DNA from: a virus
Lineage: Duplodnaviria > Heunggongvirae > Uroviricota > Caudoviricetes
IMG/VR virus record: IMGVR_UViG_3300045253_000164
Coordinates: 26,314 to 90,313 of that record
DNA: 64,000 nucleotides
Strand: one strand, 5' to 3'
The notes beneath the pieces were generated by a model that was not told where the DNA came from, ran no database searches, and saw only the letters and a list, made by a program, of their open reading frames with translations. The position numbers and the translations under genes are program-made. This document shows, piece after piece, positions 1 through 9,900 of the stretch. Position 1 is the first letter of the stretch, and each line of letters begins with the position of its first letter.

Positions 1-36
1 TCGGCGGGTAACAGAAAGCCCTGGAAACGCAAGCAC

Positions 37-1908
37 TCACCAGCGGCGTGCGTACTCCGGGAGGTAGGTCGTCGGAGAGGGCGGTGCGTTCGCGCGCGAT
101 ACCGCCGTGACGCTGGTCCGGGCCTTGTGCACGATCGCCAGCCAATAGCCCAGGGCCGACGATCCGTGGGAGCGTGTGAGCCCAGAGCCGTCGTCATCCT
201 CTGTCGTCTGGTTCACGTCGGTCCGATTGCCGTTCCAGACGCCATACTCGAAGTCTTTCCGGAGTTCCTCGGCAGCCGGATTGAGCACCAGAAAATTGTA
301 CTTGAGTGCGTGGTTCACGATTTCCAACCGATGGGCCACCGGCGGATTTTTCGGCGGCACCTTGAGCGTCACGGCGAATCCGTAGCCCGCAAAGGCGTGC
401 TTCATCCCCTGATAAGTCTTGATCCGGTTATGGACCGTCGACTTCTCTTCGGTCGCATCCCCGTAGATGTAGAGCGGCCCGGTGTGGCCGAGTTCCCCGG
501 CAATGCAGGTGCCCTGTCGCCCATACTGATCTTGATAGTTTGCGTCTTGCGCGAAGAGGTCATCAACGACCTTGCGAGAGCCGTAACGCGCCGTGAACTC
601 CAAGATGCCATCATCCACCATGGCGCCCCGCCGGCAGATTTCGTCAATGACCCGGAAGATTGGTTGCACAGGCCAGACCTGCGCGATTTCCCACACCAGT
701 GGATCGAAGTTGAAGTCGCAGCAGAGGACCAAGGGGCGCCGTGGATCGTAGGCCACGGGGGTGCCAATTGGGCATTCCGCGCCCCCCGTCATGTGCCGCT
801 CGTGAGTAAACGGAGAGTAGACCCGGCCACCGATGGAGCCTTCGAAGTTGGTTTCCAGCTCTTGCGCGACTGCCTCAGTGGTCATGGACAGCCGCCGGAC
901 CTCCTGCTCCTTCCACGCCTCATTCCGATGCGGATGGAGGGACCAGTGGATGCGATACCGGGCGTACTGTCCTGGGTATCGGGGTTGATCACCCTGCGGA
1001 AATGCTGCGTAGGCCTCTTGGTGAATACGGTAGAACGCGTTGGCTTTCCCGTGCGGCGTCGAGGTGAGAATCTTGCCGCGAGCGCAGGCTTGGTTGACCG
1101 ATGCCATGACCAGCTCGCTGTTTTCGACCCAAGCAAACTCATCCAGGAACGCCCGCCGATAGCCGCCGCCACGGCCAGGACTGCGGCTCGAACCAAACCC
1201 CAAGAGGCTGGTGCCGCGACTGCGGTTCACCACCCGCAGGTGCTTGAACTCCAGCGGCTGCTGCAGGAAGTCCGGCAGATGATCATGGAGAAAGCGAACC
1301 TTTCCGAACAGCGAATAGCTGGTGGAGTTCTCTCCACCGTCGTCCACGTTGTCCTCGACGCGGGACAGCGCCATCATCGGCCAGATGCGTTCGAACAAGA
1401 GATCATGAAGCGCGATTGCCATCATGATCCATGTGGCCATCATGCGGCGACTCTTCACGATGATCGCATCGTGCGGCGGACACAGGGCTTGCACCAGCAC
1501 CCACACCTGGGGCCAGTTGGGAATCAAGTCCAGCGACGACGGGACGCTCTCCATCGCCTGCTCGTCGTGTAGATTCTCCGCAGCGCAGTAGGTGGTCACG
1601 AAATAGAGGGGATTGGTGGCGCAGCGATACAGTTCGCGTGCCACCCACGCTTCAAGGTGCTCACTGCCTCTGTAATGCCAGTCGCCTGCTTCGAACACGT
1701 ACGCGGGGGGCAACTGATCGCTGGATGGGTCCAGTGACGGCAACTGCGGCAGCGACAGCAGCCGCCGGGCGATGCGGGTTGGCGTGCTCAGTACGGCATC
1801 GTCGTCACCGACGGACCGCAGGCTCGCGCACGCCCGCGCCACGCCTTCGCCAATGACGGCTTCACGGGGGGCGGCCTCGTCGATGAAGTCGCCAAGGGTG
1901 ATGGGCAT
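37..1908 (-). CDS. phage terminase large subunit (TerL)
   Basis: 623 aa. IIVKSRRMMATW resembles the degenerate k-x-R-Q-x-G-x-T ATPase-region motif of TerL proteins. The acidic C-terminal half is nuclease-like. It is the last gene of a packaging-type trio, directly abutting the upstream MTase stop at 1909. Confidence 0.55.
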   Translation of the reverse strand: MPITLGDFIDEAAPREAVIGEGVARACASLRSVGDDDAVLSTPTRIARRLLSLPQLPSLDPSSDQLPPAYVFEAGDWHYRGSEHLEAWVARELYRCATNPLYFVTTYCAAENLHDEQAMESVPSSLDLIPNWPQVWVLVQALCPPHDAIIVKSRRMMATWIMMAIALHDLLFERIWPMMALSRVEDNVDDGGENSTSYSLFGKVRFLHDHLPDFLQQPLEFKHLRVVNRSRGTSLLGFGSSRSPGRGGGYRRAFLDEFAWVENSELVMASVNQACARGKILTSTPHGKANAFYRIHQEAYAAFPQGDQPRYPGQYARYRIHWSLHPHRNEAWKEQEVRRLSMTTEAVAQELETNFEGSIGGRVYSPFTHERHMTGGAECPIGTPVAYDPRRPLVLCCDFNFDPLVWEIAQVWPVQPIFRVIDEICRRGAMVDDGILEFTARYGSRKVVDDLFAQDANYQDQYGRQGTCIAGELGHTGPLYIYGDATEEKSTVHNRIKTYQGMKHAFAGYGFAVTLKVPPKNPPVAHRLEIVNHALKYNFLVLNPAAEELRKDFEYGVWNGNRTDVNQTTEDDDGSGLTRSHGSSALGYWLAIVHKARTSVTAVSRANAPPSPTTYLPEYARRW

Positions 1909-3285
1909 CTAGGGTGGGGGCGGCTCCAGTAGCACGGGTGTCTTCTGGGTGGCGTCTTGGTAGCGCTGGAGAATCATGGCGCAGTAGTCCGGGCTAATCT
2001 CCATCGCCCTCGCCTGACGGTGCGTGTTCTCTGCGGCAATGATCGTGCTGCCCGAGCCGGTGAATGGGTCGTACACGACATCTCCCGCATCCGTAAATGC
2101 GTTGATGAAAAACGACGGCAGGCCCACGGGAAACGCCGCAGCATGCCCAACAGCATCATGCGTCGCCGCCATTGCCGGGATGCGATTGCCCGGATAGGCC
2201 ATCCCTGGTCCGATATACTCACCGGCATCTTTCGATCTGCCTTGGACATCCGACATCAACGCCGATGTTCCATTGCGCCGTTTCTTGGCCGCACCAAATG
2301 AACCGGAAACGCTCTTCGCACCACGTCCGCCCTGCACATCGCGCCAACTCGTCTCGCCACTTCCCGCACCTCCGGCCCGTGGCACATTCTCGCTTGCATG
2401 GCGTACATGATCAGGGCGCATTTTCCATCGCCCGCGAACGAATTGGTAAATGGGCTCGAACTGGTTTTTGAACCGCTGCGTTACCGACTTCGGCACGCCA
2501 TTGCGCTCCCAGCAAAACTCGGTCGCAAAGTGCCATCCCCACGTGCGAACATGGGCAATCACCAAATCCATCACGTAGAGAAACGTATCGAGACCGTCGC
2601 AGGACGGTTTGATGTTTACGAACCACGACCCATCCGGCGCGAGATGCGCGGCCACGTGCGCAGCGACGGGCGCGAACCACTCCACGTACTGATCCGGGGC
2701 GATAGGTTTGAACCCCGACTTCGCATCGTAGTCGCGCTGCTCTGCATAGGGCGGCGACGTGAATGCGATGTTTATTTTCTCGCCGCCCATCAGCCGCGCC
2801 ACGTCCTCCGCCTTCGTGCTGTCGCCACAGAGTAGCCGATGCTCCCCCAGCTGCCAGAGTTGCCCCGTCGCCGTGCGCCACTGCTGCTGTAACTCCGCTG
2901 CGCGATCGATTTGCGGCTCGGCGTCGGCATCGCCGTGGCCCTCATCGCTGGCCGCCGCAATCAATGCCCGCAGCTCCTTGTCGCTCCACATCGCCTTCGT
3001 TGCCTCGGGCATCTCGGTCGCGATCTGCTGGAGGACGGTCGTATCCCATTCAGCGAGCTCAGCGGTACGATTGTCGTACAGCGCGAGCTTCGTTTTCTGC
3101 TCGGGGGTCAAGCCGGTGCGACGCACGGCCACCAGCGTCTCGCCATCGGTATCGACCACTTGCACGCGTTCAATCCCCGCTGCAGCAGCGGCCTCGATCG
3201 TGGCGTTGCCGGCTAGAACCACGCCATCCTCGTCGATGACGATGGGCCGGGCGGCGCCCACGTCCCGCATGGACTGCTCCACCAT
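1909..3285 (-). CDS. ParB-like nuclease domain fused to amino-(N6A/N4C) DNA methyltransferase
   Basis: An N-terminal ParB/Srx-like segment is present (RPIVIDEDGVVLAGNATIEAAAAAGIERVQVVD). MTase motif IV INIAFTSPPY comes first, followed by motif I DPFTGSGST near the C-terminus (beta-class order). The ORF track extends to 3414 with an alternative start; the internal ATGs at 3285 and 3270 avoid overlap with the upstream gene, so the true start is uncertain. Confidence 0.7.
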   Translation of the reverse strand: MVEQSMRDVGAARPIVIDEDGVVLAGNATIEAAAAAGIERVQVVDTDGETLVAVRRTGLTPEQKTKLALYDNRTAELAEWDTTVLQQIATEMPEATKAMWSDKELRALIAAASDEGHGDADAEPQIDRAAELQQQWRTATGQLWQLGEHRLLCGDSTKAEDVARLMGGEKINIAFTSPPYAEQRDYDAKSGFKPIAPDQYVEWFAPVAAHVAAHLAPDGSWFVNIKPSCDGLDTFLYVMDLVIAHVRTWGWHFATEFCWERNGVPKSVTQRFKNQFEPIYQFVRGRWKMRPDHVRHASENVPRAGGAGSGETSWRDVQGGRGAKSVSGSFGAAKKRRNGTSALMSDVQGRSKDAGEYIGPGMAYPGNRIPAMAATHDAVGHAAAFPVGLPSFFINAFTDAGDVVYDPFTGSGSTIIAAENTHRQARAMEISPDYCAMILQRYQDATQKTPVLLEPPPP

Positions 3286-3362
3286 ACCGACATTGCGCGG
3301 AGTATGCCGCCGGGCGTTGCGTGGATCGGGCCGCAAGTCTCGGAGGTGCGTGCTGGGTGTCG

Positions 3363-4064
3363 TCACGCGGCGCCGAGCCGAATTGTGGCCCACCGCTTTT
3401 CGATTCTTTCGCATACTGCCTCGTCCTTCACTTCGTTGCGCACGTCGAGCCCCATCTGCGTCATGATCCGGTAGAAGTCGTGGCGCGACATATTGCCCTT
3501 GATGTCTTCGATGGTTTGTACGACCCGGGCAATGGCCAGGATGGTGTTGCGGGCTTCGGAGATGTCGACGATCTGCCGCGGCTTGCCCTCATCGGCCAGT
3601 GTGGCGTGTTGACTCAGCGTCTCAATGGCGCCGCGAATCTTGTCGGGGTCCTGCGTGCGCAGCGCATACTGAAAAGCTCCCACGGCCTTGGCAAACTCGT
3701 CACGGGTGGATTTCCAGCTCTGATGCCATGTCAAGATGGCGTCTCGCCAGGCGTCGTAGCGCTCGATGAAGTCGACGAGAATCGCCCGGGCGTGGAACAG
3801 CTCGGGCAGGAGGTTCAGGGGGTCCTTGTCCTTGGCGAACTGTGCGGCGAGCTCCTTGAGGCGTTCATGCTGGAGCCCCTCGTACCGTTGGCTGCGCCGC
3901 CCGTGCTTCAACTGCTTCGTGACGTTGCGGCCGCCGTGGTACATACAACGGCCAGATTTTGGGTGATCTGTGCCCGCTCCCGCACTATTTTGACAGAACT
4001 TTCCCGGCTTTTTGGCGAGACGGGAATTACACTTATCGGTCGGGGGTGGGGAGTTGCGCGCCAT
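3363..4064 (-). CDS. putative terminase small subunit / packaging-associated DNA-binding protein
   Basis: 233 aa, basic N-terminus with a Cys/His cluster (CNSRLAKKPGKFCQNSAGAGTDHPKSGRCMYHGG). It sits immediately upstream of the MTase-TerL pair. Assignment rests mainly on position. Confidence 0.3.
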   Translation of the reverse strand: MARNSPPPTDKCNSRLAKKPGKFCQNSAGAGTDHPKSGRCMYHGGRNVTKQLKHGRRSQRYEGLQHERLKELAAQFAKDKDPLNLLPELFHARAILVDFIERYDAWRDAILTWHQSWKSTRDEFAKAVGAFQYALRTQDPDKIRGAIETLSQHATLADEGKPRQIVDISEARNTILAIARVVQTIEDIKGNMSRHDFYRIMTQMGLDVRNEVKDEAVCERIEKRWATIRLGAA

Positions 4065-4144
4065 TCACGGTCACGGCCGCGCCCTCGATACCGGCGGGGC
4101 CTTCAAATTTGGCGGGTAACGCACACCGCGGTGTTGTGCAAGCC

Positions 4145-5902
4145 CTACATCAGCCGTTCCGCCGTCAGGTAGAGGTTGAACACGGGCGCCCCCACTAGCC
4201 CGGTCAGGACCGCGTTGTAACGGATGGCGGCATCTGTGGTCGCCCGTAGAATCGCCTGCCCCTGTCCGAAACTGTCCAGGACTCCGAGGTTGACGTTTGA
4301 CGCAGGTGACGCAGACTGATTTCCCGCATCGTCGGTCCACGTAACCGTGGTCGCCAACGTGCCGGCTGTCGCGCCGCTCGTGGTGAGTTGGTAGACCCCG
4401 ACACGGTACACGCCTGCGGTGGAAGGCAGCAGCAGAACCCCAGAGACCGACGTGGTTTGGTTGCGCAACGACACACTGGCGAGCACTGGCGCGTAGAGCA
4501 GTTCCCCGGAGGTGACGTAGCGCGCCGCGGTGCTTATGGCACCTTGATACATCGGCACCAAAGGCACCACGGCGTCAGCCTGCACATGCGCGGTTTCCAG
4601 ACCGCTAACGCTCAGCAGGATGTCGCTTTGATCGGTGCGCACCGTGAGGGCGGCGCCCACGGCATTCAGCACGGCACGGTCGGGAAAATCGCTGTGCGCA
4701 GATGAGCCAATGCTATGGCCCAGCAAATGGCCAAGATCGTTGATGGACGCAACCACAGCTGCCGCACTCGTGCCGGCGCTCGCGCTCACTACCGCAACGC
4801 CGCTGTCATTGTCCGCTTCGCTATAGACGGTCAAGTCGAGCGCCGGTGTCGTTTTGCCCACTACCACCGGGCCGTTGAACTGCGACGGCGCATCCCCGGC
4901 AGCGAAGAACGCATAGCGACCACCCGCACCAGCGCTGATCGCCGAATACACCCCATAGACGGCGTCGCCGGCACTTTGATCTTCGATGTTGATGCCAATG
5001 TTACGGCCAAGATTTATGGCACCAACACCAACCGTGGTTACGTCGCGGACGTGGAGACCCGTACGGCCGGAGACCGTCACGACTCCCGTGGAAGCTGCGG
5101 GCTCCAACGTCACCCCAATATCAACACCGATGACCTGGTTGACGGTGAGGACGCCGCTACTGAGCGTTTCCACCGTTGGTTGGATATAGAGCCCAATGAT
5201 TTGCTGTTGGGCTACGCTATGGACGCCGTTCGCCAACACACCGGGTGTGTGGGCGTAACTGATAACGTCGGGAAGGTTGACGCCCCAATCGCCCGCTACA
5301 TTGGGCTGGTCCTGCATTCCGTAGAGCGTGCTGCCCGTGGCCGTACGCAGCACCGACAGGGTGGGGTTGATATTGAACCCCCGCAGCACCGTGTTCGTGC
5401 AGATGCCGCTGGCCATAACCAGCGTCGGCTTGTAGAGGCCAAAGTCGAAGCTCACATTATTATTGATGTCGAAGCTCGGCGCGAAGTAGAACGCCTGCCC
5501 GAAGTTCGGTGTGGCTTCGAGGCTACCGGTCAACGTGGAGCTTGCCGTCGATAACCATTGGTCGGGTGGGGTCACGGCTTCACCAGCGCCAGAAACGGTG
5601 ACGGACAACCCCACATCGGGCGTTGCGACGATGAGGAGATCCACGAGGCCGACCACGACGCTGGCATCACCGAGATGCCCGGTGACTTGGATGCGCCGGG
5701 TGGTGGGGAGCTGTGTCGGCGCCGCGCCAATCGCCGCGATTGCAGAGAGCCCATCAGCGGCGACTGTCAGCGTCACACTGGCATTGTTGACGGCACCGTC
5801 CACGACCCGCCACACGGGAATATCGGCGAGGGAGGTGATGTCGATCCCGAGGGCGGCGACCGTCAGATTGATGCTGCTGTTGGCTGCGACGATGTACCCC
5901 AT
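4145..5902 (-). CDS. tail fibre protein (shares a module with the giant fibre)
   Basis: 585 aa, Ala/Gly/Ser/Thr/Val-rich beta-type composition. It contains TDQSDILLSVSGLETAHVQADAVVPLVPMYQ...ARYVTSGEL, near-identical to a segment of the 1966-aa protein. Confidence 0.55.
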   Translation of the reverse strand: MGYIVAANSSINLTVAALGIDITSLADIPVWRVVDGAVNNASVTLTVAADGLSAIAAIGAAPTQLPTTRRIQVTGHLGDASVVVGLVDLLIVATPDVGLSVTVSGAGEAVTPPDQWLSTASSTLTGSLEATPNFGQAFYFAPSFDINNNVSFDFGLYKPTLVMASGICTNTVLRGFNINPTLSVLRTATGSTLYGMQDQPNVAGDWGVNLPDVISYAHTPGVLANGVHSVAQQQIIGLYIQPTVETLSSGVLTVNQVIGVDIGVTLEPAASTGVVTVSGRTGLHVRDVTTVGVGAINLGRNIGINIEDQSAGDAVYGVYSAISAGAGGRYAFFAAGDAPSQFNGPVVVGKTTPALDLTVYSEADNDSGVAVVSASAGTSAAAVVASINDLGHLLGHSIGSSAHSDFPDRAVLNAVGAALTVRTDQSDILLSVSGLETAHVQADAVVPLVPMYQGAISTAARYVTSGELLYAPVLASVSLRNQTTSVSGVLLLPSTAGVYRVGVYQLTTSGATAGTLATTVTWTDDAGNQSASPASNVNLGVLDSFGQGQAILRATTDAAIRYNAVLTGLVGAPVFNLYLTAERLM

Positions 5903-5915
5903 TTAGTCCCCTGTC

Positions 5916-6950
5916 CTAGAACGAGTAGACGCGGACTTCACCGCGGCCACCGCCGCCGCCAGCACCGCCGGTCGTTGTGCCCCCTGCGCCACCGCCGCCC
6001 CCGCCGCCGGCGTTGCCGCCAGCACCGCCAGCACCCCCCGTCGCCGCCAGTGTTCCACCACCCCCACCACCGCCCCATCCGGCGAAGTAGGTGCCATTGG
6101 TACCAGCGCCCCCCGGAGTTCCTGCCGGTCCCCCCGCGCCGCCACCACCACCGCCAATGGTAAAGAATTGGTTCATGCCGCCGTCGCCGCCAGTTTGCGC
6201 GGCGTTCACGGAAGTCACCATGCCACCACCACCACCGCCGCCGCCACCCTTGAGACTGGTTCCGCCGTTCTTGGCCGGACCCGCTCCGGTGGCTGTGCCG
6301 CCACCACTACCGCCGCCATGCTCTGCGGGGCTGCCGGCCGCACCTGAAGCTGACCCTGCGCCGCCGCCGCTGGTACCGTTGACGTTCGCGCTGATCGTCG
6401 GAAGACCCCCAGAGGACGAGGCGGCTTGTGCCCCAGCAGTCCCATCGCCACCGCTGCCACCACCGCCACCGCCAGAAGCGACGCCGGTACCACCCCCGGC
6501 TCCGCCACCGCCACCGCCGGCCTGCACCAGATTCCCGAAGGCTGAGGAGGTGCCGGCAGATCCTCCTGTTCCAACATTGTTGGCACCACCGCTGCCCGCA
6601 TTTCCACCAGTGCCAACGGTGATGGCGATAGTTGACGCAAGGTCCGATGCTTCGAAAATCGCCTCGTTGTACGCACCGCCTCCACCACCACTGCCGCCAT
6701 ATCGATTGGTCGCCGCCGCGCCGCCCTTACCGCCGCCACCGCCCCCACCGCCGCCGATGCAGATGACTTTCACCAGCTTCACGCCCGCGGGCTTGGTCCA
6801 AGTCCCGTTGGCGGAGAATGTCTGTACATCGACGGTCGCGCCACCGCCCGAGAGTTCACCGCTGACCACATACCGCGCGCCGCCGGTCTGCACGCCTTGG
6901 TAGACCGGATTGTAATGCAACGTGACGCCACTGGCCTGCACGTCACCCAG
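5916..6950 (-). repeat. GGC/GCC-rich codon tracts encoding the polyglycine-rich C-terminal domain
   Basis: The plus strand shows runs such as ccgccgccgccagcaccgccgg... and ccaccaccaccgccgccgccaccc, which are the reverse complement of Gly codons. Confidence 0.7.
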
Positions 6951-9900
6951 GAAGGTTGACGTGCCACTGGCGGTAAACGTGGTCGTGCTGCTCAGGACGA
7001 TCTTGCTACCGGTCCAGAATGAATCCTGGTTCATTCGCGCCAGGCGATACTTTCCAAGCTCGCCGGAAGCCATGAGGCGCAGTTGCGGACCGATGGCCCA
7101 TATGCCAGCGCCGTCAGTGTTCAAAAACACCGGAGGTGCCAAGACGACTGACGCAACCCCGAACACCGCCGCCGGTGCGCACAGCACCTGGCCGATCGCG
7201 CCTGTCGTGTCGTACCCGGCGAGCTCGAGCCCGTTGGACGGATTCGACGCCATGATCCCGGGCCGGCTGGCCCCGTAGATCAGCAGCTTGCCATCGACGT
7301 TGCCGCCGCTGATCTGGACGAGCCCCTGAGATGAGATAACCGTGCCGCCCGAGACACTGAAGAACGCATCGCTGTACGTGCGCAGCGATCCTGACACCGT
7401 GAGATCGCGGAGCACCGTGCTGCCGCTGACGCTCAGCGTTGTCGTCGCGCCGAACACCTGCTGCGGGCCGCTGACGTAGTTGGACGAGCCCTTGACGAAG
7501 TCGCCCGTCCCCGCACCGGCTTGCAGCTCGCCCGAGGTCACATACCGATTGCCCCCGGTGACGCTGCCGTTGTAGATCGGGTTGGCGCTAAGCGTGGTGC
7601 CGGCATTCTGAATCGTGAACCGGCTGGAGGAATTGATCAGAAAGTCGAGGTACCCACCGCTCGCGATGTTGTTGAAGCGAAACTCGCCAGTCGATGGTTT
7701 GAATCCGGTGAAGACTCCGGCCGCACCCGTGTTGTCGAGATATTCAACGCCAGCGAAATTCGTCGAGGCTGCGCCTTGTGGACGGAACAACGCATCCCCA
7801 TCCGTGGACTGCAACACGACCATCGTCGCCGCGCCGCTGCCGTAACCAGACTGCGCCGCGCCGCGGATGTGCAGATAGATGTCCGCAGCCCCAGTCCCGA
7901 GGCCAAGGTTGCCGTAGACGCGCTCATTGCCACTAACCTGGAGATCGCCGGCTGCCGTCAGTTTAGTGCTCCCGGTCGACCCAAAGAGCGTCAGGCCGCT
8001 GAACGTGACAACCGCGCCGGGCGCAAAGACGTTGGCGGCTGTCCAGAAGTTCGGGCTCGTCCGCGTGGCGTCCCCGGTTCCCGCTCCGGTGGTCAGCTCT
8101 CCCGAGGTGATGTAGCGCGCGCCGCCGCCGGTACCAAAGCCGTTGAACATCGCGCCGCCGATGACGTTGATCGGCGAGCCGCTGATCATGACGTTGGGAT
8201 CGCCGGTGATCGGACCATAGGCCAGCGTCGTACCGCTCACCTGCAGATCGGTGGTGACGATGGTGCCGGTGTTGCCAATACCCTTGGTTCCGACAGGCGA
8301 CAGGAACGCCAGGTTGTCGCCGCTGTTGCCGGTGGTGAAGATCGCGGTTCCGATCAGCACCATCGATCCCGTGATGCCGCCCGATCCCACCACGGCCCAG
8401 GTGTTGCCGTTCACATCTGCGCGGTTGCCGCCGAAGTACTGATAGGGGCGCCCATCGCCCACCTGGGTGCCGATGGCCACCGAGTCGACGGCATTGCCAT
8501 ACGTTATGAGCGCACCCGAGACGCTGGTGTCGCGAAGCACGGTCACGCCGCTGACGCTCACCGCGGTCGACGGCCCGAAGACGATCGGCGAGCCGGTCAC
8601 ATAATTGGCAGAGCCTTTGACGAAATCACCCGTGCCGGCGCCCAACTCCCCCGACGTTACATAGCGCTGCGAGCCGGTGATCTGGCCGGCATAGAGGCCG
8701 TTATAGACGATCGAGGCGCCACTGATTTGCAGCGGGCTCGAAGCCAGGAACACGATCGGCGAGAAGGCAAAACTCGACGCTTGCGTGCTGCCGACCAGAA
8801 TCAGATTGGCTGAATAGCTGGCCTGCGACTTGAAGAACACGTTGCCACGGTAGGTCGTGGTGCCATAGCTAACCTGGGTACCGGATACCGTGAGGTCATT
8901 GAGGATAGCGGTGCCGCTGATGGTGACTGTCGTTCCGGCGCTGAACACATTCTGCGAACCGGTCCAGAAGTTGTCCGCGGCACGTACTGCATCGCCACTA
9001 CCACTACCCCCAGGTAGTTCACCGCTCGTGACATACCGCTGCGCACCGGCAACACGCTGGTTGTAGAGAGATACGTAGCTAACCACAGGATCGCCGCCGC
9101 TAAGTGTTAGTGCACCAACCGGGGCATGAAAGAGCAATTGGTCTTTAGGGTTGTATGGGTTGAACACCTGCGTGCCGATAAACAGCCCAGATACCGTCGA
9201 TGCCTGCAACGAATAGCCGTTGGTATCGAGCGCTTGAAAGACGAGCGAGACACCACCGCCACCCGGCACGGGCACTGATTCCAACACGCCCGTGAAGTTA
9301 TTGGTGCCGGTGAACGTGTTGTTTCCAGCAAGGACGGCCAACGCAGTGAGCTCCCCACTGATCACAAACCGCGTCGCGGCAAGTGTCCCGAACTTCGAGT
9401 ACATCGGGGCACCAACGACGTGCACCGAGGTAACGCCGCTGATAATCAAGTCGGTCGGGGCCGTCACCGGACCATAAAGCAGGGCAATTCCACTCGCGCT
9501 CACGTCACCACCGAGCACCGTGTTGCCGCCGACCTCGAGACGGGCACTCGGCGACGCGACGTTCACACCTAAGTTGCGGCTGTTGGTAATGAGGAGCGCG
9601 CTGGTGCCCCCGATCAGGAAATTGATCGTGCCGGCGGCGTAGATGTTGTTGAATCGAAACTCTGCGGTGGACTGCTTGAATCCCGTGAAGACCGCGGCGG
9701 TCCCCGTGCTGTCCAGATACTCGACGCCGGCAAAACTTGTCGACGTGCCACCCTGCGGGCGGAAGAGCGCATCGCCGTCGGTTGACTGCAGGATGAGATC
9801 CGTGGCGGGTCCACTCCCGAACCCCGCTTCCGCCGGCGCCTTGATGTGCAGATACCCATCCGGTGCGGCGCTGGTCCCGATCCCGACCTTGCCGTAGACC

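Noticed and set aside
127-1572. 481-aa plus-strand ORF antisense to TerL. Similar long plus-strand ORFs occur at 2759..3466, 7521..8813, 9966..11009, 13390..14502, 16907..18532, 21754..23736, 24449..26200, 25812..28067, 29293..30528 and 34868..36970.
   Set aside because: Arg/Pro/His-rich low-complexity translations lying entirely antisense to well-supported minus-strand genes. This is the typical open-frame artefact of high-GC DNA.
4124-4133. Perfect 10-bp palindrome CACCGCGGTG between the fibre gene end and the TerS-like start
   Set aside because: Too short and with no T-tract; it could be a restriction-type site or a weak hairpin, and is not convincing as a terminator.
6091-6903. Pro-rich 270-aa plus-strand ORF (PPPPPPP runs)
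   Set aside because: It is the reverse complement of the Gly-codon tracts of the fibre C-terminus, not an independent gene.
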